A DNA stretch of 64,000 bases, taken from NCBI GenBank assembly GCA_963744995.1, contig CAVUWA010000003.1, forward strand, positions 130,758-194,757. Reading direction: 5' to 3'. Source of the stretch: Candidatus Eiseniibacteriota bacterium (lineage in GTDB: Bacteria > Eisenbacteria > RBG-16-71-46). The notes beneath the pieces are model-generated. The model searched no databases and was not told the origin of the DNA. It saw nothing but the letters and a program-made list of their open reading frames with translations. How positions within the stretch are numbered: position 1 is the first letter of the stretch; each line of letters starts with the position of its first letter. The position numbers and the translations under genes were made by a program. Positions 23,187-35,682 of this stretch are shown one piece after another.

Positions 23187-25421
23187 TCAGCGGAGCACCG
23201 TCACCTTCATGCGGGCCGACTTCGAACCCTGCGCCAGGAACAGGAAGTAGATGCCCGGATGGAGCTTCCCGGCCGGCGCCAGGTCGAGCGCGAAGCGGCC
23301 GGGGTCGAACGCCGCGCGTCGCACCGCCACTTCGCGGCCCGAGAGATCCACGAGCCGGAGCACCACCGGCCCGGCCTGGGCCAGGGTGAACGAGACCCGC
23401 ATCGGTCCGCCGCGGTTCGGATTCGGCAGGACACCATGCAGGGCGAACTCGAGCGGCCCGCCCGCGCCGACGTCCACGCTCGTGGAGGGCGTCAGCATCG
23501 CGTACGGGCCGACGTTCTCGTGCTCGTCGACCGCAGCCACCTTGTAATAGAACTGCCCCTCTGCGTCCGGATCCAGGTAGCCCGGCTCGGCCACTGCCGC
23601 CAGCATCGTCGCTTCGTCCGGAACGAACGACCCGGTCGCGCCGCGATAGACGCGGTACTCGAGCAGATCGGCGGCACCCACCGGCTCCCAGCTGAGCTCG
23701 ACCCCCTCTCCCGAAACCACGGTGCCGCTGAACCCCTGCGGCATGAACGGCGGGAGGTTGTCGACCGAGTAGCCGCTGTCCACGGCCGAGTCGTAGAAGA
23801 CCGTCGGATCCGCGGTGAGCGCGGTCACGAAGAACGCCGTGTACGGATTGCTGTCGTGCAGCGAGTCCTGCGTCGTCGCCGCGGTGTAGCCGTAACCCTC
23901 GAGCTGCTGTGCGGGTAGCTCGGCAAGCGCTTCCCAGTAGGTGATGAGCGTGCCTCCCGGGGCGGCCGGCACCGCCCGCGTACGAATCCGAGTCGCCCCC
24001 GCCTGGCGGAGGCGTGCCGCTCCCTCGAGCGGTGGAATCCGGCGCCATACCCGATAACCGGTCACCGCGTTGCCGGTGTCGCCGTCGAGCGGGCTGCGCT
24101 GCCATTGCACGAAGACCTTGCCGCCCTGATCGTTGGGGACGTCGCGCACCGCGTCGAGGATCGGCTCGGGCCCCGGCGGTGGCGGCGGCGGCGCGAGGCA
24201 CTGGCCGTACCAGATGGCGAGGCGCTGCGAGGCGGGAGCCGTGAAGTTGGGAATCCCCAGATCGAGCATTCCGTCGCCGTTGAAATCGCCGGCGCTCAGC
24301 CCGAACGGCCAGTTGCCGGAGGCGACGGCGACCGGAGCCTGCAGATGCCCGTCCCCCTCCCCTCTCAGGAAGTAGACGACCCCGCCCACGGTGTGCGCGC
24401 CGATCACGTCACGGATGCCGTCGCCGTCGAAGTCGCCGGCGATGACGCTGCCGGTGTTCATGGTGCCCGCGCCGACGATGAGCGGCGCGCCGAACGTGCC
24501 GTTGCCGACGCCGCCCGAACCCTGGCCCCGCAGCACCGCGACACCGCCGACCGAACCGTTGCCGACGATCAGATCGTCGATTCCGTCGGCGTCCAGATCG
24601 TCGACGAGCAGGTCGTAGGGTTCGCTGCCGGCCACGTAGTCCGCGCGGGCGAGGAACGCCCCGCCGCCGGCGCCGAGGAACACTCCGACCTTTCCCCTGT
24701 AGTTGATCGTGCAGGCGATGTCGGGTGCACCGTTCTCGTCGAAGTCCCCCGTCACCACCGTGAGCGGCAGATCGTTGAGGCTCAGTGAATCGGTGACGGC
24801 GAAGGTGCCGTTGCCGACGCCGCCAGAGCCGAGTCCCCCGAGGATCAGGAGACGGTTCGCGCCGTTGTCGGCGACGACCAGATCGGCGATTCCGTCCTGG
24901 TCGAAGTCGGCCGAGGCGATGCCGTAGGGGCTGGCCGGAACGGGATAGGACACGGCGGGCGCGAACGTGCCGTCCCCCACGCCGCCGGCGCCGTGGCCGA
25001 TGAGAATCGACACGCTGTGGCTGCCCAGATTGCTCGCCGCGATGTCGGTGATGCCGTCTTCGTTGAAGTCACCGGTGACGAGCGCCTCCGTCGCGAGGTC
25101 GGTCGGCGTGGATGAAGCGAACGAGAACGTCCCGTCGCCCACGCCCGCCGTACCGTTGCCGAGGAACACCGTGATGTTCCCGGCCGCGGCGCCGTTGCCG
25201 TAGACGCAGACGATCTCGTCCAGGATGCCGTCGCCGTTGAGATCACGGGCCAGCGTGGTCCTGGGCTGGACGTCGGTGGTGTAGGTCGGGCCGGCGGCGA
25301 ACAGCTGCGCCGGGTCGCAGAGCGGCGGGCCGGCCGGCCACGCCGGCGCGGCGAGCGCGAAGGTGGCCAGCATGGCGAGCACGCCGGAGAGCAGGCTGTC
25401 GGAACGTGCGGAGAGGCGCAT
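23187..25421 (-). CDS. Secreted FG-GAP/VCBS-repeat protein with T9SS/FlgD-like C-terminal domain
   Basis: ATG 25421 with GGAGG RBS. Repeated D(F/L)NGDGxxD, DVPNDQGG, and C-terminal PNP...DLSGREV...GIYFL. Confidence 0.85.
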   Translation of the reverse strand: MRLSARSDSLLSGVLAMLATFALAAPAWPAGPPLCDPAQLFAAGPTYTTDVQPRTTLARDLNGDGILDEIVCVYGNGAAAGNITVFLGNGTAGVGDGTFSFASSTPTDLATEALVTGDFNEDGITDIAASNLGSHSVSILIGHGAGGVGDGTFAPAVSYPVPASPYGIASADFDQDGIADLVVADNGANRLLILGGLGSGGVGNGTFAVTDSLSLNDLPLTVVTGDFDENGAPDIACTINYRGKVGVFLGAGGGAFLARADYVAGSEPYDLLVDDLDADGIDDLIVGNGSVGGVAVLRGQGSGGVGNGTFGAPLIVGAGTMNTGSVIAGDFDGDGIRDVIGAHTVGGVVYFLRGEGDGHLQAPVAVASGNWPFGLSAGDFNGDGMLDLGIPNFTAPASQRLAIWYGQCLAPPPPPPGPEPILDAVRDVPNDQGGKVFVQWQRSPLDGDTGNAVTGYRVWRRIPPLEGAARLRQAGATRIRTRAVPAAPGGTLITYWEALAELPAQQLEGYGYTAATTQDSLHDSNPYTAFFVTALTADPTVFYDSAVDSGYSVDNLPPFMPQGFSGTVVSGEGVELSWEPVGAADLLEYRVYRGATGSFVPDEATMLAAVAEPGYLDPDAEGQFYYKVAAVDEHENVGPYAMLTPSTSVDVGAGGPLEFALHGVLPNPNRGGPMRVSFTLAQAGPVVLRLVDLSGREVAVRRAAFDPGRFALDLAPAGKLHPGIYFLFLAQGSKSARMKVTVLR

Positions 25422-25522
25422 GAGAACCTCCAGGAATGGAGCCGGGCAGCGGAGGAGCCGATATTCGCTCCTCTTGCCGAAGTCCGACAACTCCATTCCC
25501 GTGCGCCGTCCCGGCGCCGCCC

Positions 25523-26470
25523 TCAGCCCCCATCCACCCCGGTGAGTGCGCGGTACATGCTCTCCAGCCAGCGCGCGACCTGCGACGGTTCCCCGTGCCA
25601 TCGGCTCTGCCACGGCTCCGGCAGACCGGCCGCCTGGATCGCCTCGAGGTCGTCGCCCTTCGCGATCCGCGCGCGCACCTGCGCGAGGGCGGCGCCGTAC
25701 ATGCTCGCGTAGCGCCGGAACTCGGCGAGTCCGGTCACGCCGCCGTGCCCGGTGACGATCCTGACGTCGGCCGGCAGCCGCACGGCGATGCCCTGCAGGG
25801 CGAGCTGCATCCCCTCCGCATCGCTCGGCATCGAGAGGATCTCGAAGCCGTGGTAGAGATCGCCGACGTGCACGACCTTCTCTCGCGGGAAGTAGACCAC
25901 CGCGTCGCCCGCGCTGTGGCCGGGGCCGAAGTGCCAGAGCCGGACCTCCTCGCCGTTCATGAAGATCGACATCGAGTTGTCGAAGACGATCGCCGGCAGC
26001 CCCCGGGGCTCGAGCGCGCGCAGCCCGTCGGGCGCCCACCACGGCTTCTGCGGCGATGCGAGCTTCGTGCGGGTGTTGCGTTGCGCGACGATCACCGCCT
26101 CGCGTCCGTAGCGCTCGTTGCCGCCGACGTGGTCGCCATGCCAGTGGGTGTCGATCAGGTAGCGCAGCCGGCCGTTGCCGTGCGCGCGGATCGCCCGCTC
26201 GAACACGCGCGCGGCGGCGCTGTCGCAGGTCATCGTGCGCCAGTCGCCGATGTGGTCCACCAGCAGCAGCCCGTCGGGCCCCGAAGAGAGGATCGCGTTC
26301 ACGTGCGACGACGCGTCGGTCTTCATGGTGAGGAGCGTGAGCGGGCCACCGAGCGGCGTCTCCTCGACCACCGGCACGAAGGCCGGTCCCGCATCCTTCG
26401 CGAGCGCCGGAACGACGAGCGCCGGGGTGGCGGCCAGCGCGGCGGCGAGCATCACGAAACGGACGGACAT
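25523..26470 (-). CDS. Exported MBL-fold metallo-hydrolase
   Basis: THWHGDHVGGN, GHSAGD, GDL and GHG motifs, plus signal peptide. Confidence 0.85.
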   Translation of the reverse strand: MSVRFVMLAAALAATPALVVPALAKDAGPAFVPVVEETPLGGPLTLLTMKTDASSHVNAILSSGPDGLLLVDHIGDWRTMTCDSAAARVFERAIRAHGNGRLRYLIDTHWHGDHVGGNERYGREAVIVAQRNTRTKLASPQKPWWAPDGLRALEPRGLPAIVFDNSMSIFMNGEEVRLWHFGPGHSAGDAVVYFPREKVVHVGDLYHGFEILSMPSDAEGMQLALQGIAVRLPADVRIVTGHGGVTGLAEFRRYASMYGAALAQVRARIAKGDDLEAIQAAGLPEPWQSRWHGEPSQVARWLESMYRALTGVDGG

Positions 26471-26581
26471 GCGACTCCTTGCCGCCGGCGGGCGGACGCG
26501 TCGAGCGTGCGGGGGCCCGCGGCCGGCCGGCCGCGGGCCCCGATCCTGCCGCAGGTCGCGCGGCGGGCTGTCAGCGAACGA

Positions 26582-28483
26582 TCATTTCCCGGCCGCCGCC
26601 CCCTGCAGGGGACTCACGGCAGGCGCCTCGGTCTCTGCCGCGATGATTCCGGCCTCGAGCCACGCGTAGCGGTCGTCGAGCACGTCGCGGGCGACGTCGT
26701 AGATCGCCTCGTCGTCGTTCGACGCCAGCGCGCGGAACAGCTGGTCCACCTTGCGCCGCGACGAGCGTGCGAACACGTCGGCGAGTTCGATCGCGTTGGC
26801 ATCCGCCGCACCGCGCTTCACGTCGCGCTGCGCGCGCACGCAGGTGGCGGCGATCGCGAACAGCTCGGCCCCGATGTCCACGCAGCGGAACAGCTGCGCC
26901 TGCTTGCGCTCGAGCTTCGGTCCGTTCAGGACCATCAGGTGGAACTGCGCGCGGGCGAGCCGCCGCGAGGTGCGCTCGACCCAGCGCAGGTGCGTGGCCA
27001 GCGCGCCGAACTCGCCGTATTTCGGCCATGCGCCCCAGCCGAACCAGCGGCTCGGGTACCACCACGCGTAGAACAGCCCGGCGCGCACGAACGTGGACAG
27101 CCGGCGGCCCAGCGGCACGTTCGGCATCACCGCGTCGCCCGCGACCTTGAGGTGCACGTCGAGCGCTTCGCGCGCGATGAACAGCCGCATGATCTGGTTC
27201 GATCCTTCGAAGATCCGGTTGATGCGCAGGTCGCGCATCAACCGCTCGAGCGGCACCGGCGCCTCGCCGCGCGAGGCCAGCGAGGCGGCGGTCTCGTAGC
27301 CGCGGCCGCCGCGGACCTGCATCGCGTCGTCGCACACCTGCCAGGCTGCATCGGTGTTCCAGAGCTTGGCGAGCGCGGCCTCCAGGCGGATGTCCGACCT
27401 CCCGGCGTCCGAGAGCAGGGCGCCCAGGTCGCCGATCGCTTCCTGCGCGTAGGTGCGTGCCGCCATGTCGGCGAGCATCTGCGCAACGGCTTCGTGGCGG
27501 CCGACCGGTTTGCCCCACTGCACGCGCTCGTTGGCGAACTGGCGCGCCACGTTCACACACCACTTGCTGGCCGCCGCCATCGTCGCCGGCAGCGTGAGGC
27601 GGCCGGTGTTGAGGGTGACGAGCGCGAGCTTCAGACCCTTCCCCTCGCCCCACAGCAGATAGTCTTTCGGCACGCGCACGTCGTGGAAGCGGATCTGCGC
27701 GTTCTCGATGCCGCGCAGGCCCATGAATTCGAGCCGGTGCGTGATCTCGACGCCGGGCATGTTGGTCTCGACGATGAACGCGCTGATCGGCCCCGGCTTG
27801 CCGTCCTTGCCGGGCGTGCGCGCCATCACCACGAGTAGCTCGGCGACGGTGCCGTTCGTGCACCAGAGCTTCTCGCCGTTGATCACGTAGCCGTTGCCGT
27901 CGGCGGTCGGGATCGCGGTCGTCGTCATGCGCGCCGGATCGGAACCCACGTCGCTCTCGGTGAGCGCGAACGCGGACACCGCGCCTTTGGCCAGCCGTGG
28001 CAGGAATTTCTTCTTCTGCTCCTCGGTGCCGAACAGCTTGAGCGGCTGCGGCACGCCGATCGACTGGTGCGCGGACAGCAGCGCGGTCAGCGAGCTGGAC
28101 ACCGTGCCGACCAGCGACATCGCCTTGCCGTAGGTGTACTGCGAGAGGCCGAGTCCGCCGTAGGTTTCGGGGATCTTGATTCCGAACGCGCCGATGTCGC
28201 GCAGACCCTGGACGACGTGCTCGGGAATGCGGCCGTCGCGCTCGATCAGTTCGGAATCCACCTGCTCGCGCAGGAAGCGCTCGAGCTTCTCGAGGAACGG
28301 CTTCGCGCGCTGCTGTTCCTCGGCATCGGGCTCCGGGAACGGATGGATGAGATCGAGGACGAGACGTCCGAGGAACAGCTCGCGGACGAACGAAGGCGCC
28401 TCCCAGGTCGTCTCGCGCGAGGCTTCCGCAATCGCACGCGCCTCGTTCTCCGAAACTTGGGCCTTTCCGCTGGTCGTGTTCAT
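26582..28483 (-). CDS. Acyl-CoA dehydrogenase (VLCAD/ACAD9-like)
   Basis: AFALTESDVGSD, NGEKLWCTN, LNTGR, GGRGYE, RIFEGSNQI. Confidence 0.92.
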   Translation of the reverse strand: MNTTSGKAQVSENEARAIAEASRETTWEAPSFVRELFLGRLVLDLIHPFPEPDAEEQQRAKPFLEKLERFLREQVDSELIERDGRIPEHVVQGLRDIGAFGIKIPETYGGLGLSQYTYGKAMSLVGTVSSSLTALLSAHQSIGVPQPLKLFGTEEQKKKFLPRLAKGAVSAFALTESDVGSDPARMTTTAIPTADGNGYVINGEKLWCTNGTVAELLVVMARTPGKDGKPGPISAFIVETNMPGVEITHRLEFMGLRGIENAQIRFHDVRVPKDYLLWGEGKGLKLALVTLNTGRLTLPATMAAASKWCVNVARQFANERVQWGKPVGRHEAVAQMLADMAARTYAQEAIGDLGALLSDAGRSDIRLEAALAKLWNTDAAWQVCDDAMQVRGGRGYETAASLASRGEAPVPLERLMRDLRINRIFEGSNQIMRLFIAREALDVHLKVAGDAVMPNVPLGRRLSTFVRAGLFYAWWYPSRWFGWGAWPKYGEFGALATHLRWVERTSRRLARAQFHLMVLNGPKLERKQAQLFRCVDIGAELFAIAATCVRAQRDVKRGAADANAIELADVFARSSRRKVDQLFRALASNDDEAIYDVARDVLDDRYAWLEAGIIAAETEAPAVSPLQGAAAGK

Positions 28484-28624
28484 GGTCCCTCACATGGCTT
28501 CCGGTTCCGGCGCGGCGAACGAACGCCGGCATCCCGAGCAACGGAACGGCACCGCCGCCCCGGCTGGAGTTATCGGCAGGTTAGCGGCTCGACCCGAGGG
28601 GTGCCAGCGCCGCCCGGAAGAGGG

Positions 28625-29170
28625 TCAGCCCGTGCCGCGCCGCTCCAGCAGCACCAGCACCTGAAACAGCTTCGGCCGGTGCATGAACTTCGTATAGTGC
28701 CCCGGATACACCTGCCAGCGCCGCACGCGATAACGTCGGCCGAACTCCCACGGGTACCATCCGGAGCGGTGGGTCTCGTAGGGCATGCCGGGAATCTCCT
28801 GGCGGCGGAAGCCGAACGGCGTCGTCACGAGCACCTGCTTCGCGCGGCGCGTGAGGTCATCCAGCAGCTGCCAGCCCTCGTCCTTCTCGAGGTGCTCGAT
28901 CACGTCGATGAACAGCACCAGGTCGTAGTGCGCGGGCTCTCCCGGCAGGATCGCCTCGAGGCGGCGGATGTCGCCGAGGTAGACGTGGTCGTAGACCGGG
29001 AAGCGCGGCGCGTTCGCGTCGACGGCATCCACGCGCTCGGCGCCCCCGTACTCGCGGGCGAGCAGGCCGTACTTGCCGTAGCCGGCGCCGACGTCGAGAA
29101 CGGTCCGCGGCCGGGCGTTCGCGATGACGTCCACGATCTTCGGGATCTGCCAGTGCTCGGAGGTCGGCAT
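28625..29170 (-). CDS. Class I SAM-dependent methyltransferase
   Basis: VLDVGAGYGKYG and DVIEHL. Start placed at ATG 29170. Confidence 0.8.
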   Translation of the reverse strand: MPTSEHWQIPKIVDVIANARPRTVLDVGAGYGKYGLLAREYGGAERVDAVDANAPRFPVYDHVYLGDIRRLEAILPGEPAHYDLVLFIDVIEHLEKDEGWQLLDDLTRRAKQVLVTTPFGFRRQEIPGMPYETHRSGWYPWEFGRRYRVRRWQVYPGHYTKFMHRPKLFQVLVLLERRGTG

Positions 29171-29457
29171 GGGCGGAGAGATTCGCACAGGTCGCGACCG
29201 GTCGACAAAGGTGTCGCCGGTGGGAACGGCGCGCGGGAGGTGTCGTCCGAACCCGCCCCATTTGGACCTTCCCTGTTCCGCCGGCCGGGCGTAGGTTCCC
29301 CGCACCCGCGCAGGTGGTCTTCGCCACGTTGCCGGCCGCACTCGACGAGGCCCGGAAGGCGCACCCTTCTCCTGCCCGTGCGCACGAGCCGCGAGAGCGC
29401 CTGCCGTGAAGCGGAATCCCTGTGTTCTCCGGGCCTCACTCGTTGAAGGAGCCGTGT

Positions 29458-29946
29458 ATGCGAAAGGTTCTGCTGTGCAGTGCCGTGTTCATCCTGGCGA
29501 TGGTGGCCATTGCGATCGGCGAGGAAGCGACCGCGCCGGCGCACGTCTTGACGACCCCGTCCGACCTCACCTGGGGCGATCCTCCGCCGATCTTCGAGAA
29601 GGGCGCCTCGTTCACGGTCGTGTCCGGTGATCCCAGTCAGTCAGGCCTCTACGTCGTGCGGATCAAGATGCCGGCCGGCTACAGGATTGCGCCCCACTGG
29701 CACCCGACCGATGAGCACGTGACCGTGCTCTCCGGCAAGTTCGCGCTGGGCATGGGCGAGAAGTTCGACAGGAAGTCCATGAAGGAGCTGCCGGCCGGCG
29801 GATATGCGCTGCTGCCCGCCGAGATGCGCCACTACGCGATGGCCACCACGGAGGCGACGGTGCAGGTGCACGGGATCGGACCGTTCAAGCTGACCTACGT
29901 GAACCCCGCCGACGATCCCATGCAGCGGGAAAAAGCGAACCCCTAG
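29458..29946 (+). CDS. Exported cupin-domain protein
   Basis: AAGGAG RBS, signal peptide, PHWHPTDEHVTVLSG and a later H. Confidence 0.85.
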   Translation: MRKVLLCSAVFILAMVAIAIGEEATAPAHVLTTPSDLTWGDPPPIFEKGASFTVVSGDPSQSGLYVVRIKMPAGYRIAPHWHPTDEHVTVLSGKFALGMGEKFDRKSMKELPAGGYALLPAEMRHYAMATTEATVQVHGIGPFKLTYVNPADDPMQREKANP

Positions 29947-30072
29947 GTCGAATCCAGCGAAACGGCGGCGCGCGGAACCGGGCCCGGTGGCCGGTCCGCG
30001 CGCCGCCGCTCGCACTGGCCCGACGCGTTCCGTGCCGTACGACGCAACCGTGCCGGTGCCGCGACGGTGCCG

Positions 30073-30996
30073 CTATGGCGCGTACCGCACCCAGCCGGTT
30101 CCCTCGCGGTCGAAGCGGAACGCCTCGGGGTGCATGACCTCGGCCGCGATCTCGAGCGTTTCGGCGACGCGCGGCCCGGGCCGATTGAAGTACGCGTTGC
30201 CGTCGCCGATGAACACCCGGCCCTCACGCACGGCGCGCAGCGCGTTCCATTCCGACCGCACATCGAGCACCGGCATTTCCGCTCGGGTGCGCTCGATGTC
30301 GAAGCCGCACGGCGTGACGAGGATCAGATCCGGGTTCGCCTCGGCGAGCGTCGCGAGGTCCAGGTAGGGGGCGCGTGCGAGCCGTCCCTCGAGCGCGTCT
30401 TCGCCTCCCGCCATCCGGATCAGCTCCGGCGTCCAGTGGCCCGCTGCCATCAGCGGCTCGATCCACTCGAGGACGGCCACGCGCACGGCCTGCTCGAATG
30501 CCTGGGCGCGGGCGCCGATCGCCTGCATCCGGCGCCTGAGCTTCGCCACCTCCTGGACACCACGGGCCGAGGCGCCGAGCGCCTCCGCGACCTTGATGTA
30601 GTCACGCCAGATGTCGTCGAGCGTCACCGGGTGCAACGAAACGACGCGCGCCTCGGGCAGCAGCGCACGCGTCGCCTCGAGCACGTCCTTTTCGCTCACC
30701 GCGCACACTTCGCACTGGGTCTGGGTGATGATGACGTCGGGCCGGAGCGCGACCAGCGCGTCTGCGTCCACCGTGTAGACCGACACGCCCTGCTCGACCA
30801 GGGTGCGCACGCTCCGGTCGATGTCGCGCGAGCCGCCGTCGACTGCGAACTTCGGACGCGTGACCTGCGGCAGCCGGCGCACCCACTCCGGATGGTCGCA
30901 CTCGTGCGAGCGGCCGACCAGCCATGGGCCGCAGCCCAGCGCGCAGACCATCTCGGTGCTGGAGGCGATCAGGGAAACGATCCGGGGAGAGGCCAT
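30073..30996 (-). CDS. Periplasmic-binding-protein family (BtuF/Fe-siderophore-like)
   Basis: RIVSLIASSTEMV, VGRSHECD, LEWIEP, YFNRPGPRV. Confidence 0.8.
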   Translation of the reverse strand: MASPRIVSLIASSTEMVCALGCGPWLVGRSHECDHPEWVRRLPQVTRPKFAVDGGSRDIDRSVRTLVEQGVSVYTVDADALVALRPDVIITQTQCEVCAVSEKDVLEATRALLPEARVVSLHPVTLDDIWRDYIKVAEALGASARGVQEVAKLRRRMQAIGARAQAFEQAVRVAVLEWIEPLMAAGHWTPELIRMAGGEDALEGRLARAPYLDLATLAEANPDLILVTPCGFDIERTRAEMPVLDVRSEWNALRAVREGRVFIGDGNAYFNRPGPRVAETLEIAAEVMHPEAFRFDREGTGWVRYAP

Positions 30997-31103
30997 CCCG
31001 TTCCTCGTGGTCGCGACCCCATCGGGGGACCGCTTGAAATGGAGCGCCGCACGCTGGGATGCTGCCCGGCGCGGGGCGACGACCATCACGGGGAGAACGG
31101 ACC

Positions 31104-31829
31104 ATGATCCTGGCCGGCACGAGCGGATACAGCTACAAGGAGTGGAAGGGCTCGTTCTACCCGGAGGATCTCCCGGCCGACGGCATGCTCGCCTACTACG
31201 CGGGCCGGCTTCCGGCGGTGGAGATCAACAATACGTTCTACCGCCTACCGAAAGAAAAGGTCCTGGAATCCTGGTGCGGGGAGGTCCCGGCGGGCTTTCG
31301 TTTCGCGATCAAGGCCTCGCGACGCATCACCCACATCCGCCGGCTGAAGGGCGCCGAGAGCGAAATGGACTTCCTGCTCGGCAACTTGAAGACCATGGGC
31401 CCAAAGCTCGGCGCGATCCTGTTCCAGCTGCCGCCCAACCTGAAGGCCGACCCGCCGCGGCTCGAGGCTTTTCTCGGGCTGCTGCCGCCGCGCGCCCGCG
31501 CCGCGTTCGAGTTCCGCAACGCGAGCTGGTTCGACGATGCCGTGTTCGACCTGCTGCGCGCGCGCAACGCGGCGCTCGTGCACGTGGACGCCCATGAGGG
31601 CGACGAAGAGCGCTCGCCGGGCCCGCTGACCGCGACTGCCGACTGGGGCTATCTGCGGCTGCGGCGGGAAGACTACGACGAGGGGGGCATCGCCGCCTGG
31701 CGCGAACGCATCGAGGCCGCGTCGTGGACGGAGAGCTTCGTGTTCTTCAAGCACGAGACGCTCGGCCCCGAATTCGCGGCGAAGCTGAACGCGGGGGCCG
31801 GGCCGGGACCACGCCCGCGCAGGCGCTGA
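31104..31829 (+). CDS. DUF72 family protein
   Basis: GTSGYSYKEWKGSFYP, VEINNTFY, FQLPP, EFRNASW, YLRLR. Confidence 0.9.
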   Translation: MILAGTSGYSYKEWKGSFYPEDLPADGMLAYYAGRLPAVEINNTFYRLPKEKVLESWCGEVPAGFRFAIKASRRITHIRRLKGAESEMDFLLGNLKTMGPKLGAILFQLPPNLKADPPRLEAFLGLLPPRARAAFEFRNASWFDDAVFDLLRARNAALVHVDAHEGDEERSPGPLTATADWGYLRLRREDYDEGGIAAWRERIEAASWTESFVFFKHETLGPEFAAKLNAGAGPGPRPRRR

Positions 31830-31866
31830 CCGCAAGCGGAGCGACCGCCGATGCGGGCGGCTCGCG

Positions 31867-32391
31867 TCACGACGTCGCCGGACCCCGGGAGCGCATCCGG
31901 TGCATGAGCGTCGACCCCAACGGGTACCAGGCTCCGCCGAGCAGACAGGCGGCCGCAGGCCACGGGGTCAGCCGTCCGGCGGCGATGAACTGCCACGTGC
32001 CGACCACCGCGATCGGCACGTAGAGCGCAACACCGGTCACGACACCCGGTGAGTAGCGCCTGGTTCGCACCGTCCCCACCACATGGAAGGCGGCATTGCC
32101 GGCCAGCAACCCGGCGAGTACGAGCCATGCGGCCGGCGCGAACGCCTGCGGAATGAAGCTGCGCAGACCCACACCGCCGATCGTCACGGCACCGGGGCCG
32201 AGCGGCGCCAGAGCCACGCTGACGCACAGGAAGAGCAGGAGCAGGTTGACCCCCACGTGGAGCCTGGGGGTGATGCTCTGCCGGAACGCGGGGCGATAGA
32301 TCCGATCCCAGGCCCCGAATCCACCCGGCCAGAAGAATTCCTCGGTGATGTGCAGACACGCCGCCGCGAGCGGCGCCCACCAGATCCACAC
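31867..32391 (-). CDS. HXXEE-domain membrane protein
   Basis: GTG 32391 after GGGAGG; LHITEEF, YSPGVVT and TM helices. Confidence 0.8.
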   Translation of the reverse strand: MWIWWAPLAAACLHITEEFFWPGGFGAWDRIYRPAFRQSITPRLHVGVNLLLLFLCVSVALAPLGPGAVTIGGVGLRSFIPQAFAPAAWLVLAGLLAGNAAFHVVGTVRTRRYSPGVVTGVALYVPIAVVGTWQFIAAGRLTPWPAAACLLGGAWYPLGSTLMHRMRSRGPATS

Positions 32392-32682
32392 GCTGCACCT
32401 CCCTCTCTTCTCGTCATCCGAATCCGTTTCGCGCGGGCCGGGCTCTTGCGATCCATTACGCCGCCGCACGGCCCGCGGTTGCAACCGGTCGGACCCGCAG
32501 CTTCCGAGCCGGGCGAGGCTTGCCGGGCTCGCTCGGCCTCCGCTAAGGTGCGGCGACTTCGCATGCGGCATTCGCTGCGATGGCCTTCCCGCCCGCCGGC
32601 GCCGGGCACCGCCGCCGGGCTCGCGCGGTGCTCCGCGGTCGACCGCGGCCCCACACGACGAACCCGAGGAGAATTCCCTCCC

Positions 32683-34737
<2,055 letters not shown>

Positions 34738-34769
34738 GCGCCGCGCTGTCCGCGCGCGGCGCCGGCGCG

Positions 34770-35078
34770 CTATCCCTTCACCGGACCGCGGTCCGGGTGC
34801 AGCGGGAACATGACGTCGTAGACTTCCGGCCGGACTTCCGTGGCTTCGTACGCCGACGCGATGGTCTTCGCCAGGTCCGACTCGCGATAGGCGGCGAGTG
34901 CCTTCCGATCCTCGAAGAAGTAGATGCCGCACCAGTCGCCCGTCGCCGGGTCGTGTCCGTAGATCTTCTGCACCAGGCCCGGGACCTCGAGGAAGCGCGG
35001 CCGGCGCTCCTCGACCCTGCGCTCCAGCTCCGCCTTGTCGACCTCGGACTTGATGCGCACGAAGAGGATGGAGGCCAT
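34770..35078 (-). CDS. YdhR-like putative monooxygenase (dimeric alpha/beta barrel)
   Basis: VPGLVQKIY...GIYFFED; AAGGAG RBS. Confidence 0.7.
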   Translation of the reverse strand: MASILFVRIKSEVDKAELERRVEERRPRFLEVPGLVQKIYGHDPATGDWCGIYFFEDRKALAAYRESDLAKTIASAYEATEVRPEVYDVMFPLHPDRGPVKG

Positions 35079-35093
35079 CCGGTGCTCCTTTCA

Positions 35094-35519
35094 TTAGGGG
35101 ATGGGGTGTGCGGTCTCGATCTGCGCGCGAGCCGATCCCGCCCGCACCACGATGACGGCGTCCGACATGAACTCGATGGCCGCCGCCCACTGCGGGTCAG
35201 GAGTCTGGCCCGGCGCGAGATCGACGACCCGGTCTTCTGCCCAGTATCCCCACGTGCTCAGGCAGTCGTCCTCGGTGAACGGCAACTCCGCGTCGCGGGG
35301 CAGGAAACGAAACTCGCTGACCTCGCTGAACGCCACGCGTACCGACGCGGGCGAGCCGGCCGGAACCCACTCGTCAGCACGCCGGCGCCAGCTCAACAGC
35401 ACTTCACGGCGCTCGACCGAGTACTCAAAGCCCGTGAACTCGAAGTCATTGTGCAGATCCAACGTGAACGGCGGCTGCACGATGTAGATGCTTCGCTGGA
35501 TTTCGAAGTCGCGCTTCAT
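35094..35519 (-). CDS. Hypothetical protein
   Basis: 141-aa ORF with globular-protein composition (DLHNDFEF), co-directional with neighbours. Confidence 0.6.
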   Translation of the reverse strand: MKRDFEIQRSIYIVQPPFTLDLHNDFEFTGFEYSVERREVLLSWRRRADEWVPAGSPASVRVAFSEVSEFRFLPRDAELPFTEDDCLSTWGYWAEDRVVDLAPGQTPDPQWAAAIEFMSDAVIVVRAGSARAQIETAHPIP

Positions 35520-35682
35520 GGAATCCCCACTGCTACGCCTGCCGGGCCGCCTCGGGCCCGGGCATGAAAAGCCCCTCCTGCCGCTCAGCTTCCCGTCGGG
35601 ACGATCGCGGCCTTCTCGATCATCAGCACGACCGTACGGACCGGCGCGCGCGTCCGGCGCCGGTCTCCGCGCGGCATGCCCC

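Noticed and set aside
32420-32682. Possible fluoride or Na+ riboswitch upstream of the first mPPase (GCGATGG)
   Set aside because: The remaining conserved elements were not recognisable, and GC-rich pairing here could be chance.
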